DNA of 60,797 bases from an uncultured Clostridia bacterium (GCA_944393735.1 CALYBE010000001.1:1-60797); one strand, 5' to 3'; positions 9,001-16,572 are shown, numbered from the stretch's first letter. Notes: generated from the letters alone by a model not told the origin. Numbers and translations: made by a program.

Positions 9001-10612
9001 AGAACAATTAACAAATATTGTAAAATACATATATGAATTAGGAAAAAGTGAAAATATTAAGCTAAAACCATTATGGTTAGATACACTGCCAAATGTAATT
9101 TTATTAAATGAAATAAAGAAAAAGTATAATATAACTAAAAAAGCTGAAGATATAGTACCAGTGATTGGTGAATATGATGACCCATATAATCAAAGACAAG
9201 GTGTTGTGGAATTAAACTTTAAAAAGCAAGGTAATACAATTATATATGGAAATGCTGAAAGTGGTAAAGAGACTTTAATAAGTACAATGATATTTGATAT
9301 AATTTCAACATATGATGTAGATGAAGTACAATTATATTTATTAGATTTTGGTAGTGAAACATTAAAAATTTTTAATAATGCACCACATGTAGGAGACGTA
9401 GTTTTAAGTTTGGATTCAGAAAAAATAAGTAGATTATTTGAAATGCTTCAAAAAGAAATGAAAAGAAGAACAGAATTATTATCTAATTATGGTGGAGACA
9501 TAAAATTATATATAAAAGATACTAGAAATGCAATGCCACAAATTATAATTGTAATAAATAATTATGAAGGATTTGTAGAAAACTATGGTGAAAAATATGA
9601 TGATGTTTTACTTACTCTATGCAGAGAAGGTATAAAATATGGAATAATATTTGTATTATCAGTTAGTTCATATAACAGTATAAGATATAGATTATTACAG
9701 AATTTTAAGCAAAAAATAGCATTGCAATTGAATAATGAAGATGATTATAACAATATATTAGAAGGAATAAAAAAACAAAGACCATCACATATATTTGGTC
9801 GAGGTTTAATAAGATATGATGATATATATGAATTCCAAACAGCAACAATATGTAAAGCAGAAGAATGGAATTTATATGTAAGAAAAAAAATAGAAAAATT
9901 AAATGAAAAGTATACTAAAAAGGCTACCCCAATACCTGTATTACCAAAGAAAGTAGATATAAATGATATAAAAGAAAAAATAAAAAGTTTGGATAAATTA
10001 CCAATAGGTATATATAAATCAAATTTAAGTATAGCAACTTATGATTTTAAAAATAGTTTTATTAATATTATATCTGCAAAAAATACAGAGGTTGTTGCTG
10101 AATTTTTAATACATATTTATGAAATTTTAAAACTTATTGAAGATGTTAATATTGAAATATTTGATGGAGAAGGAATTATACGAAACAATTCAAATAATAT
10201 TAAACTTGAATATAAAAATTTTTTATTCAAAATGCAAAATAATCTAGATAAATCAAAATATAATGTATGTATAATTATTGGAATTGATAAGTTTTTAACA
10301 AGTATAGATAGTGATTTTATCCAAGATTTAAAAATAGCAGAAGAAACAAAAAAATATATATTTATTATTGCTGATAGTGTTTACAAACTAAAAAATCATG
10401 AATATGATGACTGGTATAAAAAATTTGTTACAAAAGATAAGGGAATTTGGATTGGAAATGGAATAAGTGATCAATATTTATTACATTTAAATTCAATTAA
10501 TAGAAATATTATAAATAATTGTGGAAATAGTTTTGGATATATTATTGAACAAGAAGAAGCAAAAATGATTAAGCTTGTAGGAATGAAAGATGTTGGTGAT
10601 GAAAATGAATAA
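6032..10612 (+). CDS. essC: T7SS EssC/YukB-type FtsK-SpoIIIE ATPase with N-terminal FHA-like domains
   Basis: The protein is 1526 aa. FHA-like segments are present (ITIGRSQTCDIVYDNP...GTFLNN). Two TM helices lie around aa 280-330. P-loop 1 is GSTGSGKS with Walker B LLIICDEFAEL. P-loop 2 is GNAESGKET. The third module is degenerate. Confidence 0.9.
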   Translation: MLVTLIGKNTLYKLKLPNEHDGNYWIKNDNETKLVNIFGRKDEWQICSNEQVKILAPKSITSFNISKIKDDPKNIINKVVLREGGIYYLALDADPNILFILLCESIYERNFIHLQVTDFKNITIGRSQTCDIVYDNPLIEPLQAKIFLNNEKLMIKNFDTNYGTFLNNIPVSNKLKLLFYGEMIFIMGLRIVIVGKNIFINNPYNRVTYNHEKFQIIKNNHEIITSMEKKDENVKLLSKDDFFTRAPRIIGKIEKEKIKIDPPPQKQEKNDKPLIYIIGPSIAISIVMLMSLISTISGASGGNSSKARIVMSVITIGAMLISIILFPILNNKYEKKKKKKREQKRQKKYKEYIEKKLEQIDDVMQKQKNILFDEFLSSEDCAQIILNKGSRLWERRINDDDFLSIRVGLGNVPLEADIEYPNKEFSLEEDNLLDLIKYVANKSKLIKNAPIVVSLTSKNIAASIIENDERNTEKFIQNLVMQLIALHSYADLKIVFFLKKGKQIKWEHMQTIPHIWDNQRQIRFWADDYEEMKEISRYLEVEFNERKKYGDKFDYKTFSPYYLIITDDYKTIANLKIVTEILSIRKNIGFSLFCITDNFINLPNECQLFISIDGNKGKIFENKITETTQNEFYFDNSFTFFFENMGPILSNIQIRENTTSKFSLPESYTFLEMYDAGRIEQLNILQKWRTNDSTKSLQAPIGIDINGNQIVLDIHEKVHGPHGLIAGSTGSGKSELIITYILSLAVNYHPNDVEIILIDYKGGGLSGAFQKGDVKLPHIVGTITNIDKAGLQRSLVSIQSELRRRQVKFNQAREKTDEGTIDIYKYQKLYHDGQVSEPIPHLLIICDEFAELKQQQPDFMDELMSVARIGRSLGVHLILSTQKPAGIVNDQIRSNSRFEICLRVQDRQDSIDVIKRPDAADIKNAGQFYMLVGNDEYFTFGLSAWSGASYEPSDIIKKSIDTSIKFVSNTGSVIKKIDDNHKKVPIKKKEEQLTNIVKYIYELGKSENIKLKPLWLDTLPNVILLNEIKKKYNITKKAEDIVPVIGEYDDPYNQRQGVVELNFKKQGNTIIYGNAESGKETLISTMIFDIISTYDVDEVQLYLLDFGSETLKIFNNAPHVGDVVLSLDSEKISRLFEMLQKEMKRRTELLSNYGGDIKLYIKDTRNAMPQIIIVINNYEGFVENYGEKYDDVLLTLCREGIKYGIIFVLSVSSYNSIRYRLLQNFKQKIALQLNNEDDYNNILEGIKKQRPSHIFGRGLIRYDDIYEFQTATICKAEEWNLYVRKKIEKLNEKYTKKATPIPVLPKKVDINDIKEKIKSLDKLPIGIYKSNLSIATYDFKNSFINIISAKNTEVVAEFLIHIYEILKLIEDVNIEIFDGEGIIRNNSNNIKLEYKNFLFKMQNNLDKSKYNVCIIIGIDKFLTSIDSDFIQDLKIAEETKKYIFIIADSVYKLKNHEYDDWYKKFVTKDKGIWIGNGISDQYLLHLNSINRNIINNCGNSFGYIIEQEEAKMIKLVGMKDVGDENE

Positions 10613-10856
10613 AGTATTAGTAAAAGTATATGTACCTATGTTAGAAGAAATTTATGATGTATGGATTCCTACTAATAAAAAAGTATATGAAATTATAGTA
10701 TTATTGGTGAAAGCGATTAAAGATTTAAGTGAAAAATGTTATAATCCAAAAGAATTCCCAACATTATATGATAAAATAACAGGAAATGAATTCGATTTAA
10801 ATTTATTATTAAATGATACAACAATAAAGAATGGAACAGAATTGGTTTTAATATAA
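10605..10856 (+). CDS. esaB: YukD/EsaB-like small ubiquitin-fold T7SS protein
   Basis: The 83-aa product overlaps the essC stop by 8 nt. Position, size and N-terminal beta-strand pattern (VLVKVYVP...YDVWIP) fit YukD/EsaB. Confidence 0.6.
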   Translation: MNKVLVKVYVPMLEEIYDVWIPTNKKVYEIIVLLVKAIKDLSEKCYNPKEFPTLYDKITGNEFDLNLLLNDTTIKNGTELVLI

Positions 10857-10884
10857 TACCAAAGTATTTTGAAAGGAAGATATA

Positions 10885-11712
10885 ATGAAAACACTAAAAT
10901 ATGAAAATATTGATCAGAACAAAGACAGTTCCAATGTTAGTATAAATGAGTTGTTAAAAGAGGATAAGCAATTAGTTTCTTTTATTGGACCAAGACAGAG
11001 TGGAACATCATTTCTTATAGATAATATATCAAAAATATTAGCTAGAAGAGATATAGATGTTGCAATATTAGATTTGACATCAAATAGAGCATCATATTAT
11101 ATATATACAAAAAATGAAGAAAAATTAAAACAACAACAAAAAAACTGCCTAAAAAATATAGCAGAGGGTAATCCATTAGGAATTCAAGTTGAAAAAAACT
11201 TAGTAGTTTATACAGATCTACAACGAGAAAATGAAAAAGACTTAAAAGCAGAAAAAATATTAGAAGTATTGTTAAAAAAACATAAAATAATAATTTTAGA
11301 TACTGACTTTTCAACTGATGTAAGTTACTTTTTATATTCTAAAAAAATATATTTAGTGCAGACAATGGATGTTCTAACTATCCAATCATTTACAGAATTT
11401 TTATCTAAATTAAAATTGCAAAATGCTATAAATGATGAGAAAATAAGAGTTGTGTTAAATAAATTTATAAATTTAAATGGAATTACAGAAAAAGAATTAA
11501 TAAATAGATTAGCATTTTATAATGATCCGACAAAATCATATATGCAACAATTATTTGAGAAAAATGGATTAAAGTATACAACAATTCCATATAATCAGCT
11601 TGCATATGAAACATATTTACAATATATGGCAGAATATAAAATAACTAAAGTTGAATATATAATAGGTTTTAAAAACCAACTAGATGGTTTAGCAGATGAT
11701 GTTATAAGTTAA
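10885..11712 (+). CDS. ParA/MinD-fold (SIMIBI) protein with a degenerate Walker A
   Basis: VSFIGPRQSGTSFLIDNISKILA sits at the P-loop position and lacks both lysines. A Walker-B-like IIILDTD and VVLNKF are present. Confidence 0.55.
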   Translation: MKTLKYENIDQNKDSSNVSINELLKEDKQLVSFIGPRQSGTSFLIDNISKILARRDIDVAILDLTSNRASYYIYTKNEEKLKQQQKNCLKNIAEGNPLGIQVEKNLVVYTDLQRENEKDLKAEKILEVLLKKHKIIILDTDFSTDVSYFLYSKKIYLVQTMDVLTIQSFTEFLSKLKLQNAINDEKIRVVLNKFINLNGITEKELINRLAFYNDPTKSYMQQLFEKNGLKYTTIPYNQLAYETYLQYMAEYKITKVEYIIGFKNQLDGLADDVIS

Positions 11713-11751
11713 AATATTTAAATTAAAATTAAAAGGAAGGAATGATTCACA

Positions 11752-11922
11752 TTGGATAGTAAAACTTTTTATACAAATAGTATAAATAAAAAATTTACAA
11801 CAATTAGTGGTAAAGATAAATTAAAAGGAGAATTATTCACAAAACTTATTGAACAAACAAATGAAATGATTGATAATACAAATACAAATAAAGATAATAT
11901 ACTAAAAAATATAAAAAAATAG
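11752..11922 (+). CDS. Small 56-aa helical protein upstream of the effector (below the ORF-track size cut-off)
   Basis: A TTG start lies 11 nt after AAAAGGAAGG. The frame is open to TAG at 11920-11922, which overlaps the RBS of the next gene. Product: LDSKTFYTNSINKKFTTISGKDKLKGELFTKLIEQTNEMIDNTNTNKDNILKNIKK. Confidence 0.4.
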   Translation: MDSKTFYTNSINKKFTTISGKDKLKGELFTKLIEQTNEMIDNTNTNKDNILKNIKK

Positions 11923-11935
11923 TTAGGAGGAAAGT

Positions 11936-13759
11936 ATGTTTAGTTTTTGCGAAGATGTATTTAATGAATTATGTACAAGCTTAGAGAATACAATACAAGA
12001 AATAATAACAGAAGCTAATGATAGTAAAAGTAGCGCAGAGACATTAAAACAAGAAGCAGTAGCATTAAGAGAACAAGCAGCAGAATTAAGGGAACAAGCA
12101 GTAGCATTAAGAGAACAAGCTAAAGCATTAAGAGCACAAATTCCAGGTTTAAGGGAACAAGCAGCAGTACTTTATGCAAAGCAAGAATGGAAAACAGTAA
12201 CTTCAACAGTAACAAATTCAGAAACAGGAGAAGAAGAAACAGTAAGTGAAACTGTAAGAGATTATGAAGCAGAGGCCGCCAATCAAGCACAAGCAGCAGC
12301 ATTGGAATCACAAGCAAATGCACTAGAAGTACAAGCAGCCGAACTAGAATCACAAGCAAACTCAAAAGAAGCAGAAGCTACAGTAAAAGAAGCAGAAGCA
12401 ATAGCAAAAGAAGCAGAGGCTGCAGCACTAGAATCATTATCATCAGTTTTGACAGCATCATCTGAAGCAATAGGATCACAAATAAACACATTTAAGGAAG
12501 CAAAAGTAGAAGTAGAAAAAGCTACAAATGCAACAACATCATTATTAAATGAGGGATTAAATTTAATTTCTAGTTCTTTAAGTGCAATAAGTAATGCAAG
12601 TAATTTTATAATAGGTGATTGGGGAAATGGATTAGCTTCAAATATAATAGAGAATGTTGGGACTGAAATAAAGGGAGGAATTGAAAAACTCCAAGAAATG
12701 GCAAATGAAGTTATAGATAATGTAAAAATAGCTACAACAAATGTACAAGAATTTACTAGTGAAATTGGAAATTATATTATGGAAAGTCCTTTAGGACAAG
12801 CAGCAAAAGAATTTATAGATGGTTTTACAGAACAGAATGTAGAAAGTTTGATTGATCAAAATAGAGCGAAATTAGCTAATAATATTGTATCTGCACTAAC
12901 TTTTTTTGGAGCGGATCCGGAATTTATAGAGACTATCATGGGAGATTCTGTCACAATAGAGCTAACAAATTCAGTGGAAACATTTGAAGAAGCAAAAGCA
13001 GAAGCAAAAAGATTATATGTAGAATATATAAATGGATTAGATTATACTGATGAAGAAAAACAACAATTAATTAATAAATTTAATACTGCCGTGGACAATA
13101 TAGAAGTGTTATCTGATCAGGATATGGCTAAATTAATGGGTAATGGTGATAGTGGTTTTATAACATTGGCATTTTACAATGGACCATTGGATAAAGCATA
13201 TATAAGAGAATCATCAAAAATAGACGTAGCAACAATAATTCATGAAGTAGGAGGACATGGAACAGGAAGCATGATACCACCTGAATATCAAGGGTATCAT
13301 TACTTTGATGAAGAACTTCAAAGATATGTAAAATATGAAGGAAATTTTGAGGATGCAGATTGCTTTTTACTATATATGTCAACTTCAGATAAAAATGGAA
13401 CAATTTATGCTGGAATTGATGAGGCAACTACGGAATATTTTACAAGAAAAATATATGGAGAAGTAGAAAGTACCAGTGCATATAACGGAAGTACTGATAC
13501 ATTAGAAAGTATTACTGAATCAATGAAAGAATATTGTGGTATTGATGGTGAGAAATTATTGTATGAAACATATACTGGAGAAGATAAAGATGCATTTAAG
13601 AATGTATATAATGAAATTATGGGAGATGATACAGCTTATGATGAATTAACTAATATAATGTATTCTAATAATACACAAGGTGGTTCTGAATTTACTTTGG
13701 ATGTTGAAGCATTTGCATTTGATGTAAAATGCAAGCAATACAAACAACAGAAAAAATAA
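11936..13759 (+). CDS. Putative T7SS-secreted effector: coiled-coil repeat N-terminus with a C-terminal H-E-x-x-x-H domain
   Basis: The protein is 607 aa with no signal peptide or TM segment. It has Ala/Glu/Gln-rich heptad repeats, and HEVGGH at aa 436-441. It lies inside the T7SS-like locus, followed by a small gene. Confidence 0.5.
   Translation: MFSFCEDVFNELCTSLENTIQEIITEANDSKSSAETLKQEAVALREQAAELREQAVALREQAKALRAQIPGLREQAAVLYAKQEWKTVTSTVTNSETGEEETVSETVRDYEAEAANQAQAAALESQANALEVQAAELESQANSKEAEATVKEAEAIAKEAEAAALESLSSVLTASSEAIGSQINTFKEAKVEVEKATNATTSLLNEGLNLISSSLSAISNASNFIIGDWGNGLASNIIENVGTEIKGGIEKLQEMANEVIDNVKIATTNVQEFTSEIGNYIMESPLGQAAKEFIDGFTEQNVESLIDQNRAKLANNIVSALTFFGADPEFIETIMGDSVTIELTNSVETFEEAKAEAKRLYVEYINGLDYTDEEKQQLINKFNTAVDNIEVLSDQDMAKLMGNGDSGFITLAFYNGPLDKAYIRESSKIDVATIIHEVGGHGTGSMIPPEYQGYHYFDEELQRYVKYEGNFEDADCFLLYMSTSDKNGTIYAGIDEATTEYFTRKIYGEVESTSAYNGSTDTLESITESMKEYCGIDGEKLLYETYTGEDKDAFKNVYNEIMGDDTAYDELTNIMYSNNTQGGSEFTLDVEAFAFDVKCKQYKQQKK
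12056..12160 (+). repeat. Five tandem 21-nt (7-aa) coding repeats
   Basis: Units start at 12056, 12077, 12098, 12119 and 12140. Units 1 and 3 are identical (GCAGTAGCATTAAGAGAACAA). They encode A(V/A)(A/E)LREQ. Confidence 0.9.
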
Positions 13760-13782
13760 TGTGGAAAGGAGATTAAATTAAA

Positions 13783-14292
13783 ATGGAAAATAATACAGTA
13801 ATAGAAGACTTAACAAAAGAGTTTGTAAATACAATTCCAAATGATGAAGATAAACAAGAATTGAAACAAGCATTCGAAAAATATTTATATGAATATAAAA
13901 AAGTACTAGAAAAATCTAATATAAATTCAATTGATGATGCATTAAAATTCTCAGCAAATAAAATAATGAAATTGCCATTATATAGTAAAAAACAAAAGCT
14001 AATTGAAGACGAGAGTTTTAAAGAAATACAAAAAATTTCATCAAAAGCTTTTGAACTAGCAAAAAAAGTTGTAACAGGAAAAAAAGAAGATATAGATAAG
14101 AATTTGCTAGAAGAAATGAAAAATAAGCTAAAGATATGTTTAAATGATGTAAGAGAATTTAATAAGCAACAAGCAAGTATGCTAGTTTCTGAGGGGATAT
14201 TAGATTTAGTGTTTGTAGAAAATCCAAAAACACATTTAATAAGTATAAGATTGGGAAAAAATGCAATTAGGTTAAAAAATAATATGAATTAA
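13783..14292 (+). CDS. Hypothetical cytoplasmic helical protein; candidate immunity or chaperone partner of the effector
   Basis: The 169-aa product starts 23 nt after the effector stop. It has a GGAG RBS and no hydrophobic segments. No domain is recognised. Confidence 0.35.
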   Translation: MENNTVIEDLTKEFVNTIPNDEDKQELKQAFEKYLYEYKKVLEKSNINSIDDALKFSANKIMKLPLYSKKQKLIEDESFKEIQKISSKAFELAKKVVTGKKEDIDKNLLEEMKNKLKICLNDVREFNKQQASMLVSEGILDLVFVENPKTHLISIRLGKNAIRLKNNMN

Positions 14293-14341
14293 TAGGAAAG
14301 TAAAACATATTAAAAAAAAAGAATATAGAAGGAGGAAAACT

Positions 14342-14953
14342 ATGAGTCTAACGATAACAGTAGACTATGAGAATATACCAGGACAATCTAGTCAAGCGAG
14401 AAATATTGGAATGCAAATAAATGAAATACTATTAGATGTATATAGAAATGTAACTAATATGCATAATTTCTGGTATGGAAAAAGATATAATGATATTGTA
14501 ACAAATTTTAATAGTTTAGTGCCTCAACTAAATAACTTCTTAGAAATAGTTGTATCAGAAATTCCATATATATTTGAGAAAATAGTAAATAATTTCTCTG
14601 AGGTAGATATTAAACAAAATATGACAGTAGCTCAAAAAGAAAGTGTACAACAAATTCAAACAATTCCATTATCTACAGAAGTAGGAATGAAGTATATTCA
14701 AGGGGAAGTGGCTAATATACAAAATGCAATAGAATCAGATTTTCATGAAATAATAAGTCTAATGAGTGGATTAGAAAATACAATAAATCAAATAGGAATA
14801 GAATATGAAACAGCTGATAATTTTAAGTCAGAGTTTAAAAGTTTAGCTAATTCATTTAGACAATTTATAGAAAATCTAGAAAGACAATTTACAAATGCAA
14901 TGAATGTAAATAGAACTCAAATACAAAAAGCAGAGTCAGGAAATACAATTTAA
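14342..14953 (+). CDS. Tandem WXG100-like protein, paralog 2
   Basis: It has the same architecture and conserved blocks as 5008-5622 (MHNFWYGKRYNDIV..FN.L.PQLN...VVSEIPY...NNFSE.D). GGAGG RBS. Confidence 0.6.
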   Translation: MSLTITVDYENIPGQSSQARNIGMQINEILLDVYRNVTNMHNFWYGKRYNDIVTNFNSLVPQLNNFLEIVVSEIPYIFEKIVNNFSEVDIKQNMTVAQKESVQQIQTIPLSTEVGMKYIQGEVANIQNAIESDFHEIISLMSGLENTINQIGIEYETADNFKSEFKSLANSFRQFIENLERQFTNAMNVNRTQIQKAESGNTI

Positions 14954-15200
14954 TTAATAAGCAAAATAATTATACAAATAAATATCTGACTATAATTTAT
15001 CAACTGAAAGTCGTCAATTAACAAATGTAATTAGAAAACATATAATATATTAAATTAGAAGTGAAAGGAATGATAAAAATGATATTAAAAAATATAATCG
15101 TTAATTGTTATTGTAGGTAACAATACTCTGTCTATTGTAGACATGAGTATTAAAATTCATGCCTACAATAGAGATTATATTTTATTAAATAAATTATAAG

Positions 15201-15236
15201 ACTATGTGGACATATATGTTACACATAGTTTTTTTT
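15201..15236 (+). terminator. Hairpin plus T7 terminator/attenuator ahead of the cysK fragment
   Basis: ACTATGTG...CACATAGT stem followed by TTTTTTT. Confidence 0.5.
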
Positions 15237-15253
15237 GTTAGGAGGGATTTCAA

Positions 15254-15781
15254 ATGTTTGAAAAAAATGGAGTCATAGGAAATACACCAATGATAAAAAT
15301 AAATTATAAATACAATGGAAAAGAAAAAAGGATATTTACCAAATTAGAATATTTTAATTTAACAGGAAGTATAAAAGACAGAGTTGCATTTTATATAATT
15401 AATAATGCTAAAAAAAGAGGAATTTTGAAAGAGAAAATGCCAATAGTTGAAGCTACAAGTGGAAATACAGGAATAGCATTATCAGCATTAGGAAGTTATT
15501 ACAAACATCCAGTATATATCTTTATGCCAGATTGGGCTAGTAAAGAAAGAATTGAAATAATGAAAAGCTATGGTGCAAAAATATTTTTATTTTCAAGAGA
15601 AGATGGTGGATTCATAAGATGTGTAAATGAGGCAGAAAAATTGGCAAAAGAAATAAATGGATTTTGGGCTAATCAATTTTCTAATAAAGATAATTATCTG
15701 GCTCACTATGAAATAACAGGAGAAGAGATATTAAGACAGCTTCCAGAAAAAATAATAGTTGCAATTCATATATTAATGTAA
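15254..15781 (+). pseudogene. cysK: Truncated cysteine synthase (CysK/CysM family) fragment
   Basis: The N-terminal ~165 aa match the PLP cysteine synthase pattern (GNTPM, SIKDR, TSGNTGIALS). The frame ends at 175 aa, before the GTGGT loop; full-length enzymes are ~300 aa. Confidence 0.7.
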
Positions 15782-15822
15782 TATAATGATAGTGAATAAA
15801 GATGTTGAAAGGGGGAATTGCA

Positions 15823-16323
15823 ATGGAAGAAAATATAAAATACAAAAATGATATAGTACAAGATGCATATTATCTAATAAAAAAATTTAAAGATGATGGA
15901 AAAAGTGTAACTAATTTACAAATACAAAAATTAATGTATTTTTTTGAAGCATATTATATGAATGTATATGATGTTGATAAATTGTATGATTGTAATTTTT
16001 GTGCATGGGCATATGGACCTGTAGCAATTCCACTATATAAAGAGCTAAAGAAATTTGGAAATGACAATATAGAATTGACAGAAGAAAATATAGATAGTGC
16101 AGAAAAGGTTTTTGAAGACAAAAAGAAATTACTAGACCAAATATATAATGTATTTAAAGATGTACCAGCAATGACCCTTGTAGATTTTACACATATGACT
16201 GGTTCTCCGTGGAAAGAAGTGTGGGAAAGAAACGGAGAAAAAGTAGGATATGGTGCAAATACATATATAGACAAAATAAAAACGAAAGAATGGTTTAAAG
16301 ATGTCTTCCAGAAAAGAACATAA
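15823..16323 (+). CDS. Panacea (DUF4065, SocA/GepA-like) domain protein; putative antitoxin
   Basis: NLQIQKLMYFFEAYY...FCAWAYGPVAIPLYKELKKFG matches the DUF4065 core. GGGGG RBS lies 7 nt before ATG 15823. Confidence 0.7.
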   Translation: MEENIKYKNDIVQDAYYLIKKFKDDGKSVTNLQIQKLMYFFEAYYMNVYDVDKLYDCNFCAWAYGPVAIPLYKELKKFGNDNIELTEENIDSAEKVFEDKKKLLDQIYNVFKDVPAMTLVDFTHMTGSPWKEVWERNGEKVGYGANTYIDKIKTKEWFKDVFQKRT

Positions 16324-16420
16324 ATTTGAAATAACAATCCCACGAAATGAAACTATAAATGAAAATTTTAATGCAATAACTAATGCAATAGGAAAAAAAT
16401 TTTTAAATATTTCCAAATAA
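16301..16420 (+). CDS. 39-aa ORF overlapping the 3' end of the Panacea gene (speculative partner)
   Basis: ATG 16301 to TAA 16418-16420, product MSSRKEHKFEITIPRNETINENFNAITNAIGKKFLNISK. It overlaps the upstream gene by 23 nt and has no clear RBS. Confidence 0.2.
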   Translation: MSSRKEHKFEITIPRNETINENFNAITNAIGKKFLNISK

Positions 16421-16493
16421 ATACAGTTAAAATTGTGGAAAACTAGTGATGTCAACTATTCCTAGATAATAAAAAATACCCTCAAATAGGGTA

Positions 16494-16510
16494 TTTTTGG
16501 TTGGGCTGGC
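16494..16510. repeat. tRNA-proximal att direct repeat (attR-like)
   Basis: TTTTTGGTTGGGCTGGC is identical to 3174-3190 and overlaps the tRNA-Gln 3' end. Confidence 0.85.
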
Positions 16511-16572
16511 TAGATTCGAACTAGCGCATGTTAGAGTCAAAGTCTAATGCCTTACCGCTTGGCTACAGCCCA
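16498..16572 (-). tRNA. tRNA-Gln (anticodon UUG)
   Basis: The reverse complement UGGGCUGUAGCCAAGCGGUAAGGCAUUAGACUUUGACUCUAACAUGCGCUAGUUCGAAUCUAGCCAGCCCAACCA folds as a cloverleaf. Anticodon loop is CUUUGAC, T-loop is UUCGAAU, and CCA is encoded. Confidence 0.9.

Larger units (their letters stand above)
3174..16510. mobile_element. Integrative genomic island in tRNA-Gln carrying a T7SSb-like locus
   Basis: Bounded by identical 17-bp direct repeats. A tyrosine integrase sits at the left end. The right repeat overlaps the tRNA-Gln 3' end. Confidence 0.8.

Noticed and set aside
13241-13258. First read as a canonical HExxH zincin motif in the 607-aa protein.
   Set aside because: Counting residues gives H-E-V-G-G-H, that is, HExxxH. 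A zincin protease call is not justified, so it is kept only as a tentative metal-binding hint.
15254-15781. The cysK fragment considered as a functional toxin-activating cofactor, by analogy with CysK-dependent CDI toxins.
   Set aside because: The ORF is truncated to about half length. Nothing in the sequence links it to the T7SS effector, so this is pure speculation.
3174-16510. The island considered as a prophage or ICE.
   Set aside because: No capsid, tail, terminase or lysis genes are recognisable, and no relaxase or T4SS genes. Only an integrase plus secretion and toxin-type cargo is present.
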